Shown here: positions 18,975-28,369 of the stretch, piece after piece
Layout: each line of letters opens with the position of its first letter
Position numbering within the stretch: position 1 is the first letter of the stretch
NCBI GenBank assembly: GCA_963707215.1
Contig: CAVPPB010000002.1
Span: forward strand, 128,001-192,000
Direction: 5' to 3'
From: an uncultured Chloroflexia bacterium
GTDB lineage: Bacteria; Chloroflexota; Limnocylindria; Limnocylindrales; CSP1-4
DNA length: 64,000 nucleotides
Translations under genes and position numbers: made by a program
Notes under the pieces: generated by a model
The model's input: the letters and a program-made list of their open reading frames with translations, nothing else
What the model was told of the DNA's origin: nothing
Database searches by the model: none

Positions 18975-19739
18975 GTGCAGGACGAGCCGCGCCCGAGCGA
19001 CGCCGGGCCGGAGGAGCTTGGCGGCGCGGAAGCTGACGACGAGCCCGGGTTCGCCGGCCGCCAGCGTGACCGCTTCGTCGGTATGGCCGGCTCGGCGCGC
19101 GACGAGATCGCCGATCGGATGGAGAAGACCGACCGCCTGGAGATCCTGGCGGCGGTCCTGCTCGCCCTGGCGACCATCAGCTCGGCCTGGTCGGCCTACC
19201 AGGCGACCCGCTGGACGGGCGTCCAGGCGACCGAGTTCGGGCGGGCTGGATCGCTGCGGCAGGAGTCGGTCCGCCAGTCGAACCTCGGCAACACCCAGGC
19301 CCAGATCGACATCGGCCTCTACACATCGTTCCTGGACGCCTACGTGACGGGGGAGGCCCGCCTGGCCGACTTCTACCGGAACCAGTTCAGGGCCGAGTTC
19401 AAGCCGGCCTTCGAGGCCTGGTTCGGCACCGTGACGATCGGGACACCCCCGACGGACACGCCGTTCCAGCGTCCGGAGTGGAGGATCGCGGCCTGGGAAG
19501 AGGCCGACCGCCTATCCGAGGAAGCCACTGCCGCCTTCGACGCGGCCAAGGATGCCAACCAGACCAGCGACAACTTCGTCTTGACCGCCGTCCTCTTCGC
19601 ATCGGTCCTCTTCTTCGCCGGCGTCGGGACACGGTTCAGGACGGCCGGGATCCGGCGGGCGATGGTCGGCCTGGCCGGAGTCATGTTCGCTAGCGCCCTG
19701 GTCGTCGTGTTCAGCCTGCCCCAGAACGTCGGGTTCTGA
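18975..19739 (+). CDS. Hypothetical membrane protein (3 TM plus extracytoplasmic helical domain)
   Basis: LLALATISSAWSAYQATRW and DNFVLTAVLFASVLFFAG segments; GAGGAGG RBS. Confidence 0.7.
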   Translation: MQDEPRPSDAGPEELGGAEADDEPGFAGRQRDRFVGMAGSARDEIADRMEKTDRLEILAAVLLALATISSAWSAYQATRWTGVQATEFGRAGSLRQESVRQSNLGNTQAQIDIGLYTSFLDAYVTGEARLADFYRNQFRAEFKPAFEAWFGTVTIGTPPTDTPFQRPEWRIAAWEEADRLSEEATAAFDAAKDANQTSDNFVLTAVLFASVLFFAGVGTRFRTAGIRRAMVGLAGVMFASALVVVFSLPQNVGF

Positions 19740-19748
19740 CGGCGGCGA

Positions 19749-20792
19749 TCAGGCGGCGGGCGCCTCGATCGCTTCGAGCAGGAGGGCCCCAGCGCGGCCG
19801 CACTCCGCTGCCGAGACGTCGAGGTGCGTGACGGCCCGGACGAGACGAGGGCCGAAGGCGAAGACGAGGACCCCTCGATCCCTGGCCCGGGCGACGACGG
19901 TGGGGGCGTCGGGTCCGTCGTCAGCCAGCTGGAAGACCAGGATGTTCGTCCGCACCGAGGCCGGGTCGAGGACGACGTGGCGGCACTCGGCGACCCGGTC
20001 GGCGATCCGTCGGGCGTTGGCGTGGTCATCGGCCAGGCGATCCACGTTGTGGTCGAGGGCGTAGAGCCCGGCCGCGGCGAAGATGCCGACCTGGCGCATG
20101 GCACCGCCGCTCATCCGGCGATACCGGACGGCTTCCGCGATGTGGTCGCGGGTCCCTGCCAGCAGCGAGCCGCCCGGTGCGCCGAGCCCCTTCGACAGGG
20201 CGATCGTGACGAGGTCGAAGGGCGCCGCGACCTCGGCGGGGGTCCGCCCGCCGGCGATCGAGGTGTTGAAGAGCCGGGCGCCGTCGAGGTACGAGGCGAC
20301 CCCCACCTCGCGGGCGGCAGCGCCGATGGCCGCAGCGTCCGCGGACGGGAAGACCACCCCTCCGGCCCGGTTGTGGGTGTCCTCGACCTGGACCAGCGTC
20401 GTCGGCGGGTACAGCAGGTGGCCGTGGGGCTTGCGAGCCGCCAGGAAGTCGGCGGCCGTGAACGTCCCGCCCGAGCCGACCTCGGTGAACTGGATGCCCG
20501 CGTTCGCTGCCGCCGCCCCGGTCTCGTGCCACATGGCATGACTCTCGCGCGAGACGATGACGTCGTCGCCTGGTCGAGTGAAGACCCGCAAGGCGACCTG
20601 GTTGGCCATCGTGCCGGTCGGCAGCCAGAGGGCGGCCTCCTTGCCGAGCAGGTCGGCGACCCGCTCCTGGAGGCGGTTGACGGTGGGGTCCTCGCCGTAC
20701 TGGTCGTCGCCGACCTCGGCCGCAGCCATCGCCGCGCGCATCTGGGCCGAGGGACGGGTGACGGTATCCGAGCGCAGGTCGATCAGGGCCAT
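19749..20792 (-). CDS. ltaE: Low-specificity L-threonine aldolase
   Basis: [54 protein letters not shown]. Confidence 0.93.
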   Translation of the reverse strand: MALIDLRSDTVTRPSAQMRAAMAAAEVGDDQYGEDPTVNRLQERVADLLGKEAALWLPTGTMANQVALRVFTRPGDDVIVSRESHAMWHETGAAAANAGIQFTEVGSGGTFTAADFLAARKPHGHLLYPPTTLVQVEDTHNRAGGVVFPSADAAAIGAAAREVGVASYLDGARLFNTSIAGGRTPAEVAAPFDLVTIALSKGLGAPGGSLLAGTRDHIAEAVRYRRMSGGAMRQVGIFAAAGLYALDHNVDRLADDHANARRIADRVAECRHVVLDPASVRTNILVFQLADDGPDAPTVVARARDRGVLVFAFGPRLVRAVTHLDVSAAECGRAGALLLEAIEAPAA

Positions 20793-20888
20793 ACGCCGAT
20801 CGTAGCGCGAGGACCGCGGCCCCGACCGGGAGGATCGCTTCGATCGCACGGCCGGACGACCGTACGGGCGACCCGGCAGGGCCGCCGA

Positions 20889-21776
20889 CTAGGGGTTCGA
20901 CCCGCGGTAGGAGACCGTGGCCTCCGACCCGTCGGCGAGGGCCAGCCAGCAGACCATGCCCCGATCGCCCTCGGCCCAGCCGGCCTCCACCGGCATGAAC
21001 CAGCCGATGTCCAGGAGGTCCTGATCGGCCCAGGCCGATCCGGTGTAGTCGTCGAAGGCGGGATCGCAGTTGACCTCGACCCAGCGCTCGAACAGCGCGT
21101 CGGTCGGGAAGCCGCCCGGGTCGCCGTCGAAGTCGCGGACGAGGAAGACCTCGCCGCCGTGGGGTTCCCCGCAGTCGAGGACCCGGATCTCCTCGAACTC
21201 GCCCAGCGGCGGCACCTCGAAGCAGTCGCCGACGGCCAGGGTGTCGGGATCGACGAGGGAGCCGACGCCGCCTCCCGCGTCTCCCGTGCTGCCGTCCTCG
21301 CTCGAAGCCCCAAGGACCCCAAGGAGGAACAGGCCGATCCCGAAGACCGCGGCGATGACCCCGATGAGGGTCCGAACGGTCCGACCGTGGCCGCTGGCCG
21401 GTTCCTCCCAGCCGGTCGGGACGGTCGACCCGTCGGCGGGCGAGCCGTGGGACAACCCCGGGAGCCCGGACTCGTAGGTCTGACCGGGCTCCCCGCCGGG
21501 GGCGGCCCAGCCGGCGACGGCCGGTGCCGGCCGGTCGGCGGAGGTCGATGCCACGGGCCAGCCGCCCTCGTCGAGCGGCTCGGAGGCCGCGTGCCCGGCA
21601 CCGCGGAGGTAGAGGAAGCCCTGGCGCTCGATCACCTCGTCGCCGAGCAGCTTCACCTCGTCCTCGAGCTGCTGCTCGGTCATGGCCGGGTCGATCCGCA
21701 GCCGGCACCAGGCGAGCAGACCAGGGCGCGAGATGCCGCTGGGGTTGTCGGCGAGGAGGTCCCTGACGGTCGTCAT
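20889..21776 (-). CDS. Single-TM protein with C-terminal septum-formation-family (Cys-paired) domain
   Basis: LAVGDCF...LDCGEPHGGEVF...C...WAEGDRGMVCW after one TM helix; N-terminal ~60-aa cytoplasmic domain. Confidence 0.7.
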   Translation of the reverse strand: MTTVRDLLADNPSGISRPGLLAWCRLRIDPAMTEQQLEDEVKLLGDEVIERQGFLYLRGAGHAASEPLDEGGWPVASTSADRPAPAVAGWAAPGGEPGQTYESGLPGLSHGSPADGSTVPTGWEEPASGHGRTVRTLIGVIAAVFGIGLFLLGVLGASSEDGSTGDAGGGVGSLVDPDTLAVGDCFEVPPLGEFEEIRVLDCGEPHGGEVFLVRDFDGDPGGFPTDALFERWVEVNCDPAFDDYTGSAWADQDLLDIGWFMPVEAGWAEGDRGMVCWLALADGSEATVSYRGSNP

Positions 21777-21951
21777 CGTTCCCTCGGGGCGGGCACCGGC
21801 CCGAGTGTAGGCCCTCCGATCCAGGCAGACACCTGCCGAACGGGACCGACCGGACCCGAGGTGCCCGATGGGTCATGCTGACGGGACTCCCGGCCCGGTC
21901 CGCGGTCGACCGTGGCCGGTACCGTTTGGGGACGCGCGAGGGAGGTATCCG

Positions 21952-23142
21952 ATGGTCACGGAGTCGGGTCGGCTCACGGTCGGCTTCCCCCGGATGCACA
22001 AGGAGCCGGGGGAGCACCGGGACTTCCTGCCGCCGCTCATCGGGCTCCTGGCCGGGATCGGGGCGGAGATCTACGTCGAGGAAGGCATCGGCTCCGGTAT
22101 GGGCTACACCGACCTCGACTACACGTCGCTGTCGCCGCACGTCCACGTCACCGACGAGGACACCGCCTACGCCCAGGACATGGTCGTCGTCCTCCGGGCT
22201 CCCGAGGGCCACTACGAGAAGCTCCGCAAGGGGGCCATCCTCGTCTCGATGCTCCACTTCCCGACCCGCCCCGCGCGGGTCGCGATGCTCGCCGAGGGTG
22301 GCATCGAGGCGGTCAGCCTGGACACCATCGTCAACGACGAGGGTCGGCGCCTCATCGAGAACCTCCGCAGCGTCGCCTGGAACGGCGTCGGATCGGCCTT
22401 CCAGGCCCTCGAGCGGCGCTGGCCGGCCCTGACGGTGCGCGGTCGACCGCCGGTCCGGGTGACGATCATGGGCGCCGGGACGATCGGCAAGCACGCCGTC
22501 GAGTTCGCCACCAAGTACGGCGACGACGCACGCAACGAGTCCTTCATGCGGCTCGGCCTGGCCGGCGTGGAGGTCATCACGACCGGGCGCAACCTGACCC
22601 GCGACCCGGAGTACCTGCGTGCCCGACTGACGGCCACCGACATCCTGGTCGACGCCACGCAGCGCCACGATCCATCGGTCCCGCTCGTGCCGAACGACTG
22701 GATCGGGCTGATGCCGGAGCACGCGGTCATCTGCGACCTCGTCGTCGACCCCTACCTCCTCGACGCCGACCCGAAGGTCGTCCGCGGCATCGAGGGCATC
22801 CCCCAGGGTGACCTGGACCAGTGGGAGTTCGGGCCCGACGACCCGGCCTGGGGGGCGGTGCCGCCGGAGATCCCGACGGGGGAGCGACGGACCGTCGTCT
22901 CCTGCTACTCCTGGCCGGGCGTTCGGCCGGAGCCGTGCATGCACGTCTACGGCTCCCAGCTGGCACCGATCCTCGAGGCGATCGTCCATGCCGGCGGTCT
23001 CGACGGCGTCCGTCCCAACGGCTCCTACCACGAGCGGGCGGTCTGGCGAGCGAGCCTGCGGGCCTGGCTGGCCGGCGAGGGTGCCTCGATCGGCACGCCA
23101 CCGGTGGCCACCGGCGTGGCGCCGCCGGTCGTCGGCGCCTGA
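21952..23142 (+). CDS. Alanine dehydrogenase/PNT-superfamily NAD(P)-dependent oxidoreductase (divergent)
   Basis: GFPRMHKEPGE.R, YVEEGIG, GAGTIG Rossmann motif, VICDLVVD; GGAGG RBS. Confidence 0.7.
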   Translation: MVTESGRLTVGFPRMHKEPGEHRDFLPPLIGLLAGIGAEIYVEEGIGSGMGYTDLDYTSLSPHVHVTDEDTAYAQDMVVVLRAPEGHYEKLRKGAILVSMLHFPTRPARVAMLAEGGIEAVSLDTIVNDEGRRLIENLRSVAWNGVGSAFQALERRWPALTVRGRPPVRVTIMGAGTIGKHAVEFATKYGDDARNESFMRLGLAGVEVITTGRNLTRDPEYLRARLTATDILVDATQRHDPSVPLVPNDWIGLMPEHAVICDLVVDPYLLDADPKVVRGIEGIPQGDLDQWEFGPDDPAWGAVPPEIPTGERRTVVSCYSWPGVRPEPCMHVYGSQLAPILEAIVHAGGLDGVRPNGSYHERAVWRASLRAWLAGEGASIGTPPVATGVAPPVVGA

Positions 23143-23160
23143 CCGATACAGCCCTTCGCC

Positions 23161-23883
23161 CTAGGCCCCTGCGTTGCCGTCCAGAGGTCGGCGGACGTCG
23201 CGGCGGGCTCGGCGGACGACCCGGACGAAGCCCCGGAGATGCTGGATCGGGCGGATGTGACTGCCCTCACCGGCGTAGATCGTCTGGATCGGCACCCAGT
23301 CGAGCCGATAGCCGGCGCGGATGCAGACCGTGATCATCTCGACGTCGAACTCGAAGCCGGTCTCCTCGGCGTCGACGAGGTGCTGCATCAGGCGCCTCGA
23401 GAGGAGGCGGTAGCCCGATTGGTTGTCGGGTATGGAACGACCGACCGCCCAGGAGAAGACCCAGCCGCCGACGGTGTTGGACAGCCGTCGGATCGCCGGC
23501 ATCCCGGCGAAGTCCCGCCGGCCGATGATCAGGTCGCCGCGCCGCTCCGCGTAGGCCCGCAGGAAGGCGGCCAGCTCGGCCGGATCGTGCTGGCCGTCGG
23601 CATCCAGGATGACGATCGCATCGAGGCCATGGTCCAGGGCCCACCGGAAGCCTGCCCGGACCGCCGCACCCTTGCCCTGGTTCGGGCGCTGGCGGATGAC
23701 CGTCGCACCGGCCGCCTGGGCTCGCTCCGCCGTATCGTCGGATGACCCGTCGTCCACGACGAGGACGGGCAGGTGCTCGATCGCCCCGGCCACGACGGCC
23801 GCGACGCGCTCGCCTTCCTGGTAGGCGGGGATGAGCGCCTGGATGGGCGGTCTCGTAGTCGGGGCGGGGGTGCTGGAGTCGAT
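23161..23883 (-). CDS. Glycosyltransferase family 2 (DPM-synthase-like), probable ATC start
   Basis: IQALIPAYQE, VVDDGSSD, NQGKG, LDADGQH, DNQSGYR; first canonical start (GTG 23793) lies downstream of the conserved IPAY motif. Confidence 0.85.
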   Translation of the reverse strand: MDSSTPAPTTRPPIQALIPAYQEGERVAAVVAGAIEHLPVLVVDDGSSDDTAERAQAAGATVIRQRPNQGKGAAVRAGFRWALDHGLDAIVILDADGQHDPAELAAFLRAYAERRGDLIIGRRDFAGMPAIRRLSNTVGGWVFSWAVGRSIPDNQSGYRLLSRRLMQHLVDAEETGFEFDVEMITVCIRAGYRLDWVPIQTIYAGEGSHIRPIQHLRGFVRVVRRARRDVRRPLDGNAGA

Positions 23884-23992
23884 CGCGGGCCTCCGGGGAA
23901 CGGTGGGAGTGGGAGTGTACCCGGCTTCCCTCGGCGGTTCGACGGCCCGTTAGGATGGGTCTCCATTCGCGGGGACGCCGAGGAGGGCGACG

Positions 23993-24304
23993 ATGACGGA
24001 GCGGATCAGGTCGAGCTTGCGACGGCTGGGAGGCCTCGCGGGAGGACCCGACCCGGGCTGCTCCCATCTCGACCAGGCCCGGAACGTCGATCCCCGGACG
24101 GACGGCTGCGGCGAGTGCCTGGCGATCGGTGGCGAGTGGGTCCACCTGCGCCTCTGTCTGGCCTGCGGCAGCGTGGGCTGCTGCGATGCCTCGCCGAACC
24201 GGCACGCGCGGGCCCACTTCGAGGCGAGCGGCCATCCGATCATCCGCTCCCACGAGCCCGGCGAGACCTGGGCCTGGTGCTGGATCGACGAGGTGGTGCT
24301 CTAG
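23993..24304 (+). CDS. UBP-type zinc finger protein
   Basis: CSH..CGEC..WVHLRLCLACGSVGCCD.SPNRHARAH..GHPIIRS.EPGETWAWC. Confidence 0.9.
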   Translation: MTERIRSSLRRLGGLAGGPDPGCSHLDQARNVDPRTDGCGECLAIGGEWVHLRLCLACGSVGCCDASPNRHARAHFEASGHPIIRSHEPGETWAWCWIDEVVL

Positions 24305-24393
24305 GCCGCGAGCCCGCCGGGCCCGACGACCGCCGGCAGAGCGCGGCCGCGGCCCGGTCACTGCGACACCCATCGGGATGCCGAAACATCGGC

Positions 24394-24422
24394 TTGACAG
24401 ACTAGTTAGTAGTCACTATCTT
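24394..24422 (+). promoter_or_regulatory. Sigma70-type promoter overlapping a TetR operator; probable leaderless tetR transcript
   Basis: TTGACA (24394) - 17 bp - TATCTT (24417); ATG 6 nt later; operator ctagttagtagtcactatct at 24402-24421. Confidence 0.75.
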
Positions 24423-24428
24423 CTGAGC

Positions 24429-25019
24429 ATGCCAGCCATCGGATCAGCCTCGACCCCCACCGTCGTCCGCCGGACGCGCATGAGCGCCGACGATCGCCGC
24501 GCCGAGGTGATCGAGGCGGCCGTGCGCGCCTTCGGCTCGGGTGGCTATGCGGGCACCTCGACCGAGGAGATCGCCCGGCTCGCCGGCGTCTCGCAGCCGT
24601 ACCTCTTCCGGCTCTTCGGCACCAAGCGGGAGCTGTTCATCGCGGCGGTTGGTCGCGCCTTCGAGCGGATCCGGCTCGCCTTCGAGGAGGGTGCCCGTCA
24701 CCCGGTCGCCGGCCTGCCCGCGGATGTCGATCCGGTCCTGGCCGGGATCGGTCGAGCCTACGGGGACCTCCTCGCCGATACGTCGCTGCTCCGACTCCAG
24801 CTCCACGCGTTCGCGGCCTGCGACGATCCGGCGATCCGGTCGTTCGTCCGCCGCGAGTTCGCGGAGCTGGTGCATCGGGTGAGTGGGCTCTCGGGTGTCG
24901 CCGCCGCGGACCTGCGGGCGTTCTTCGCCGAGGGCATGCTCCTGAACGTCGCGGCCGCCATGGAGCTCACCGAGGCCGACGTGGCCTGGGACCGGATCTG
25001 CGAGGAGGAGCCCGGCTGA
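24429..25019 (+). CDS. TetR/AcrR family regulator
   Basis: RMSADDRRAEVIEAAVRAF..GYAGTSTEEIARLAGVSQPYLFRLFGTK. Confidence 0.92.
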   Translation: MPAIGSASTPTVVRRTRMSADDRRAEVIEAAVRAFGSGGYAGTSTEEIARLAGVSQPYLFRLFGTKRELFIAAVGRAFERIRLAFEEGARHPVAGLPADVDPVLAGIGRAYGDLLADTSLLRLQLHAFAACDDPAIRSFVRREFAELVHRVSGLSGVAAADLRAFFAEGMLLNVAAAMELTEADVAWDRICEEEPG

Positions 25020-25050
25020 CCAGGAGCGAGTCCCCCCTTTTCCGGACTGT

Positions 25051-25070
25051 AGATAGTGACTGATAACTAG
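25051..25070. promoter_or_regulatory. Second copy (inverted) of the TetR operator upstream of the MFS gene
   Basis: agatagtgactgataactag; its reverse complement matches 24402-24421 at 18/20. Confidence 0.75.
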
Positions 25071-25140
25071 CAAGACCATGGCCGGCCCGGACCGAGCATC
25101 GAAAGGATCCCGGGACCGGGATCGGAAGGGAGAAGGAGCA

Positions 25141-26595
25141 ATGACCGAACGACGCACCGCCATCTGGACCTTTGCGATCACCTCGATCGCCCTCTTCATG
25201 GTCGCTCTCGACAACCTCGTCGTCACGACCGCCCTGCCGGTCATCAGGGCCGACCTCGGGGCCACCCTGGCCCAGCTCGAGTGGACGGTCAACGCCTACA
25301 CGCTGACCTTCGCCGTGCTCCTGCTGACCGGCGCCGCGCTCGGCGACCGGTTCGGTCGGCGGCGGGTGTTCATCGTCGGCCTGGCCGTCTTCACGGCCGC
25401 CTCGGCCTTCGCGGCGATGGCCCCGACCGGGGACGCCCTGGTGCTCGCCCGAGCCATCCAGGGGGCGGGCGCGGCGATCGTGATGCCGCTCACCCTGACG
25501 ATCCTCTCGGCGGCCGTCCCGCCCGAGCGCCGCGGCGTCGCCCTTGGCGCCTGGGGTGCCATCTCAGGGCTCGCGATCGCTCTCGGCCCACTGGTCGGTG
25601 GCGCCATCGTCGAGGGCCTCAGCTGGCAGTGGATCTTCTGGCTCAACGTGCCGATCGGGATCGTCGCCGTCCCGCTCGCCGCGCGCTGGCTCCGCGAGTC
25701 TCGCGGCCCCGACGGCCGTCTCGATCTGGCGGGCCTGGGGCTTGTATCGGTCGGCCTGTTCGCCCTCGTCTGGGCGCTCATCAACGGCAACGAGGACGGC
25801 TGGACCAGCGCCCCGATCCTGCTCGCGCTCGCCGTCGCCGGCGTCGCCCTGGCCGCCTTCGTCGCCTGGGAGGCGCGGACGAGCTCCCCGATGCTCCCGC
25901 TGCGCTTCTTCCGCAGCCGCCAGTTCAGCTCGGCCAACGTCGTCAGCCTGCTGATGTCGTTCGGCGTGTTCGGGGCCATCTTCCTCCTGGCCCAGTTCTT
26001 CCAGGTCGTCCAGGGCTACTCGCCGTTCGAGGCGGGAGTGCGGACGCTCCCGTGGACCGCCATGCCGATCTTCGTCGCCCCGATCGCCGGGGTGCTCTCG
26101 GACCGGATCGGCGGGCGCCCGCTCCTTGTCGCCGGGATGGGCCTGATGGCGGCTGGCCTGGCCTGGGTCGCCGCCCTCGCCACGCCGACGGTCGAGTACC
26201 TCGTCCTGGTGCCGGGCTTCCTCATGGCAGGGATCGGCATGTCGCTCTTCTTCGCCCCGACGGCGAACCTCGTGCTCTCGGCCGTCCGCCGCGACGAGGA
26301 GGGCCGGGCATCCGGCGCCAACAACACGATCCGCGAGGTCGGCGGCGTCTTCGGGGTGGCGGTGCTGGCCTCGGTCTTCTCGGCCAGCGGCAGCTACGCG
26401 TCGCCGCAGGCGTTCGTCGACGGCATGGTCCCGGCGATCTGGGTCGGGGCAGCGGTCGTCGCGGTCGGTGCGCTGGTGGCGCTGGCGATCCCGGCCCACC
26501 GTCGGGTCGCCGCGATCGAGCTCCCCGGCTCCGGACGGCTCGTCCCCGGTGGCGAGGCGGCGCTGGTCCCCGAGCCGGTCCTCGTACGCGACTGA
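25141..26595 (+). CDS. DHA2 (EmrB/QacA) family MFS efflux transporter
   Basis: LDNLVVTTALP, WTVNAYTL, LGDRFGRRR, WQWIFWLNVPIG; 14-TM pattern; AGGAG RBS. Confidence 0.92.
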   Translation: MTERRTAIWTFAITSIALFMVALDNLVVTTALPVIRADLGATLAQLEWTVNAYTLTFAVLLLTGAALGDRFGRRRVFIVGLAVFTAASAFAAMAPTGDALVLARAIQGAGAAIVMPLTLTILSAAVPPERRGVALGAWGAISGLAIALGPLVGGAIVEGLSWQWIFWLNVPIGIVAVPLAARWLRESRGPDGRLDLAGLGLVSVGLFALVWALINGNEDGWTSAPILLALAVAGVALAAFVAWEARTSSPMLPLRFFRSRQFSSANVVSLLMSFGVFGAIFLLAQFFQVVQGYSPFEAGVRTLPWTAMPIFVAPIAGVLSDRIGGRPLLVAGMGLMAAGLAWVAALATPTVEYLVLVPGFLMAGIGMSLFFAPTANLVLSAVRRDEEGRASGANNTIREVGGVFGVAVLASVFSASGSYASPQAFVDGMVPAIWVGAAVVAVGALVALAIPAHRRVAAIELPGSGRLVPGGEAALVPEPVLVRD

Positions 26596-26608
26596 GCCCC
26601 GCTCACTC

Positions 26609-26642
26609 GAGCCCGGGTGGCGCGTCTGCGTCGCCCGGGCTC
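26609..26642. terminator. GC-rich hairpin between convergent genes
   Basis: gagcccgggtggcgc-gtct-gcgtcgcccgggctc, 14 nt after the MFS stop; no U-tract. Confidence 0.45.
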
Positions 26643-26728
26643 ACTCGCGCACGGGGCCGGGACGCCGTCCGGTGGGCGATCGGACTCGGCGAGCGATCGG
26701 ACGTCGCGATGATCGACCCCGACCAGGG

Positions 26729-27970
26729 TCAGGCCCGGCCGTCGGCCAGCGCCTCCGCCACCGCGATCGCCCCGGCTCGCTGGAGGTCGGCGAGTCCGAC
26801 GTCCCAGGCCGTCGGCCACGTGGAGAGCTTGGCGACGACGGTCCCCGACGGCCCGTGGACCAGCAGCTGCTGGCCGTTGATGCCGGCACCGGCGTAGATC
26901 CCGCGCCCCGGATCCAGGACCCACCACTGGAGGTGGTAGCGGGCGTCGGGGAAGCCCGGGAACTCGCTGGCGTCGGCGGCGGCCACGAAGGCGGCCCGCA
27001 GGTCCGGGTCGGGATCGACGATGGACCGCACCCAGGTTCGCGCGACGACCTGGCGCCCGCCCGCCCGACCCCCGCGCAGGTGGAGCAGGCCGACCCGGGC
27101 AAGGTCGCGCAGCGTCGCGCAGATGCCGCCGTCCGGGAGCGGACAGCCGTGCGGGTCGACGGTGATCTCGGCGTCGTGCTCGGCTCCCATCGGAGCCCAG
27201 ACGTAGCGCGAGAAGAGATCCGCGAACCGCTCGCCGCCGGCTCGCTCCAGGACCCAGCCAAGCACGTCGGTCAGGATCGAGCGGTACTCGAACGGGCCGC
27301 CGTGGGTGCGTCCGTTGACGAGGCCGAGCATGTACGCGTACCCATCGACGGCCAGGTCGGCCCGGGATCGCGGGCGCCAACCCCAGACCTGCTCGTAGAC
27401 CCGGACGTCGGCGTCGAGGTCCTCGTAGTCCTCATCGAATCGGGTGCCGGCCCGCATGTCGAGGAGGTCGCGGACGGTGCAGCCTCCGAAGGGGCCGGCG
27501 AGCTCCGGGACGACGGTCGGCACCTCCGCATCGATGTCCAGGTGGCCCGCGCCGACCAGCGCCCCTGCCAGGGTCGCGGTCAGCGACTTCGAGACCGACA
27601 TCAGGAGGTGCGTCGTGCTCGGCGTCAGGCCGTTGCGGTATTCCTCGGCCACGACCCGACCCCGATGGACGACGATCCAGCCGTCGGTCCACGTCTCCGC
27701 GAGCATCTGGTCGACGGAGAGCGACCGGCCGGCCGACCGGAAGCGGATCCCGCCGACGGCCCGCGGCGCCGAAGGCAGCCGCATCGGCGGCCCGTCGCCC
27801 CGGGCGATCCGCGCCGTCGGGATGAGGTCGCGGACGTGCTGGAAGGCCCAGCGGTTGCCCGGCGGCTCCTGCCAGTCGGCCAGGCTGACCCGTCGATCCG
27901 CCGGCACCGGCGCGCCGGTCATCAGGCCCAGCTCCTCGGCCGTGGGTCGGTCGGTGGTCCCTCGTGGCAT
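26729..27970 (-). CDS. Serine hydrolase, beta-lactamase class C / NylB (6-aminohexanoate-dimer hydrolase)-like
   Basis: HLLMSVSKS (SxxK), LLDMRAG, FEYRS, GGICATLRDLARVG, GINGQ. Confidence 0.88.
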   Translation of the reverse strand: MPRGTTDRPTAEELGLMTGAPVPADRRVSLADWQEPPGNRWAFQHVRDLIPTARIARGDGPPMRLPSAPRAVGGIRFRSAGRSLSVDQMLAETWTDGWIVVHRGRVVAEEYRNGLTPSTTHLLMSVSKSLTATLAGALVGAGHLDIDAEVPTVVPELAGPFGGCTVRDLLDMRAGTRFDEDYEDLDADVRVYEQVWGWRPRSRADLAVDGYAYMLGLVNGRTHGGPFEYRSILTDVLGWVLERAGGERFADLFSRYVWAPMGAEHDAEITVDPHGCPLPDGGICATLRDLARVGLLHLRGGRAGGRQVVARTWVRSIVDPDPDLRAAFVAAADASEFPGFPDARYHLQWWVLDPGRGIYAGAGINGQQLLVHGPSGTVVAKLSTWPTAWDVGLADLQRAGAIAVAEALADGRA

Positions 27971-28051
27971 GCCGACAGCCTATCCGGATGGTAGGGTCGG
28001 AGGGCGGGCACCGAGCGGCGGGTCCGCCTACGACCGGGAGGATCGAGCGCG

Positions 28052-28357
28052 ATGGCCGAGCCGGGCGAGCAGCTGATCGTCGTCGACGTGCCGGCCACGC
28101 GCCGCTACGAGGCCCGACTGGGCGGGCAGGTCGCCGGATTCGCCGAGTACCGCCGGAGCCCGGGCCGGATCACCTTCATCCACACGGTCGTCGGCCCGGA
28201 GTTCGAGGGCCGGGGGGTCGGTGGGCGGCTGGCCCGGGCCGCCCTCGACGCCGCCCGGGGGGAGGGGCTGAGGGTGACACCCCGGTGCCCGTTCTTCGCC
28301 GCCTACATCCAGCGCCACCCCGAGTACGCTGACCTGGTCGGGTCCGCCGCGAGCTGA
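28052..28357 (+). CDS. Small GNAT acetyltransferase (YjdJ-like)
   Basis: FIHTVV..EFEGRGVG..LARAALD..PRCPF...YIQRHPEY. Confidence 0.88.
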   Translation: MAEPGEQLIVVDVPATRRYEARLGGQVAGFAEYRRSPGRITFIHTVVGPEFEGRGVGGRLARAALDAARGEGLRVTPRCPFFAAYIQRHPEYADLVGSAAS

Positions 28358-28369
28358 CCGCGACCAGGC

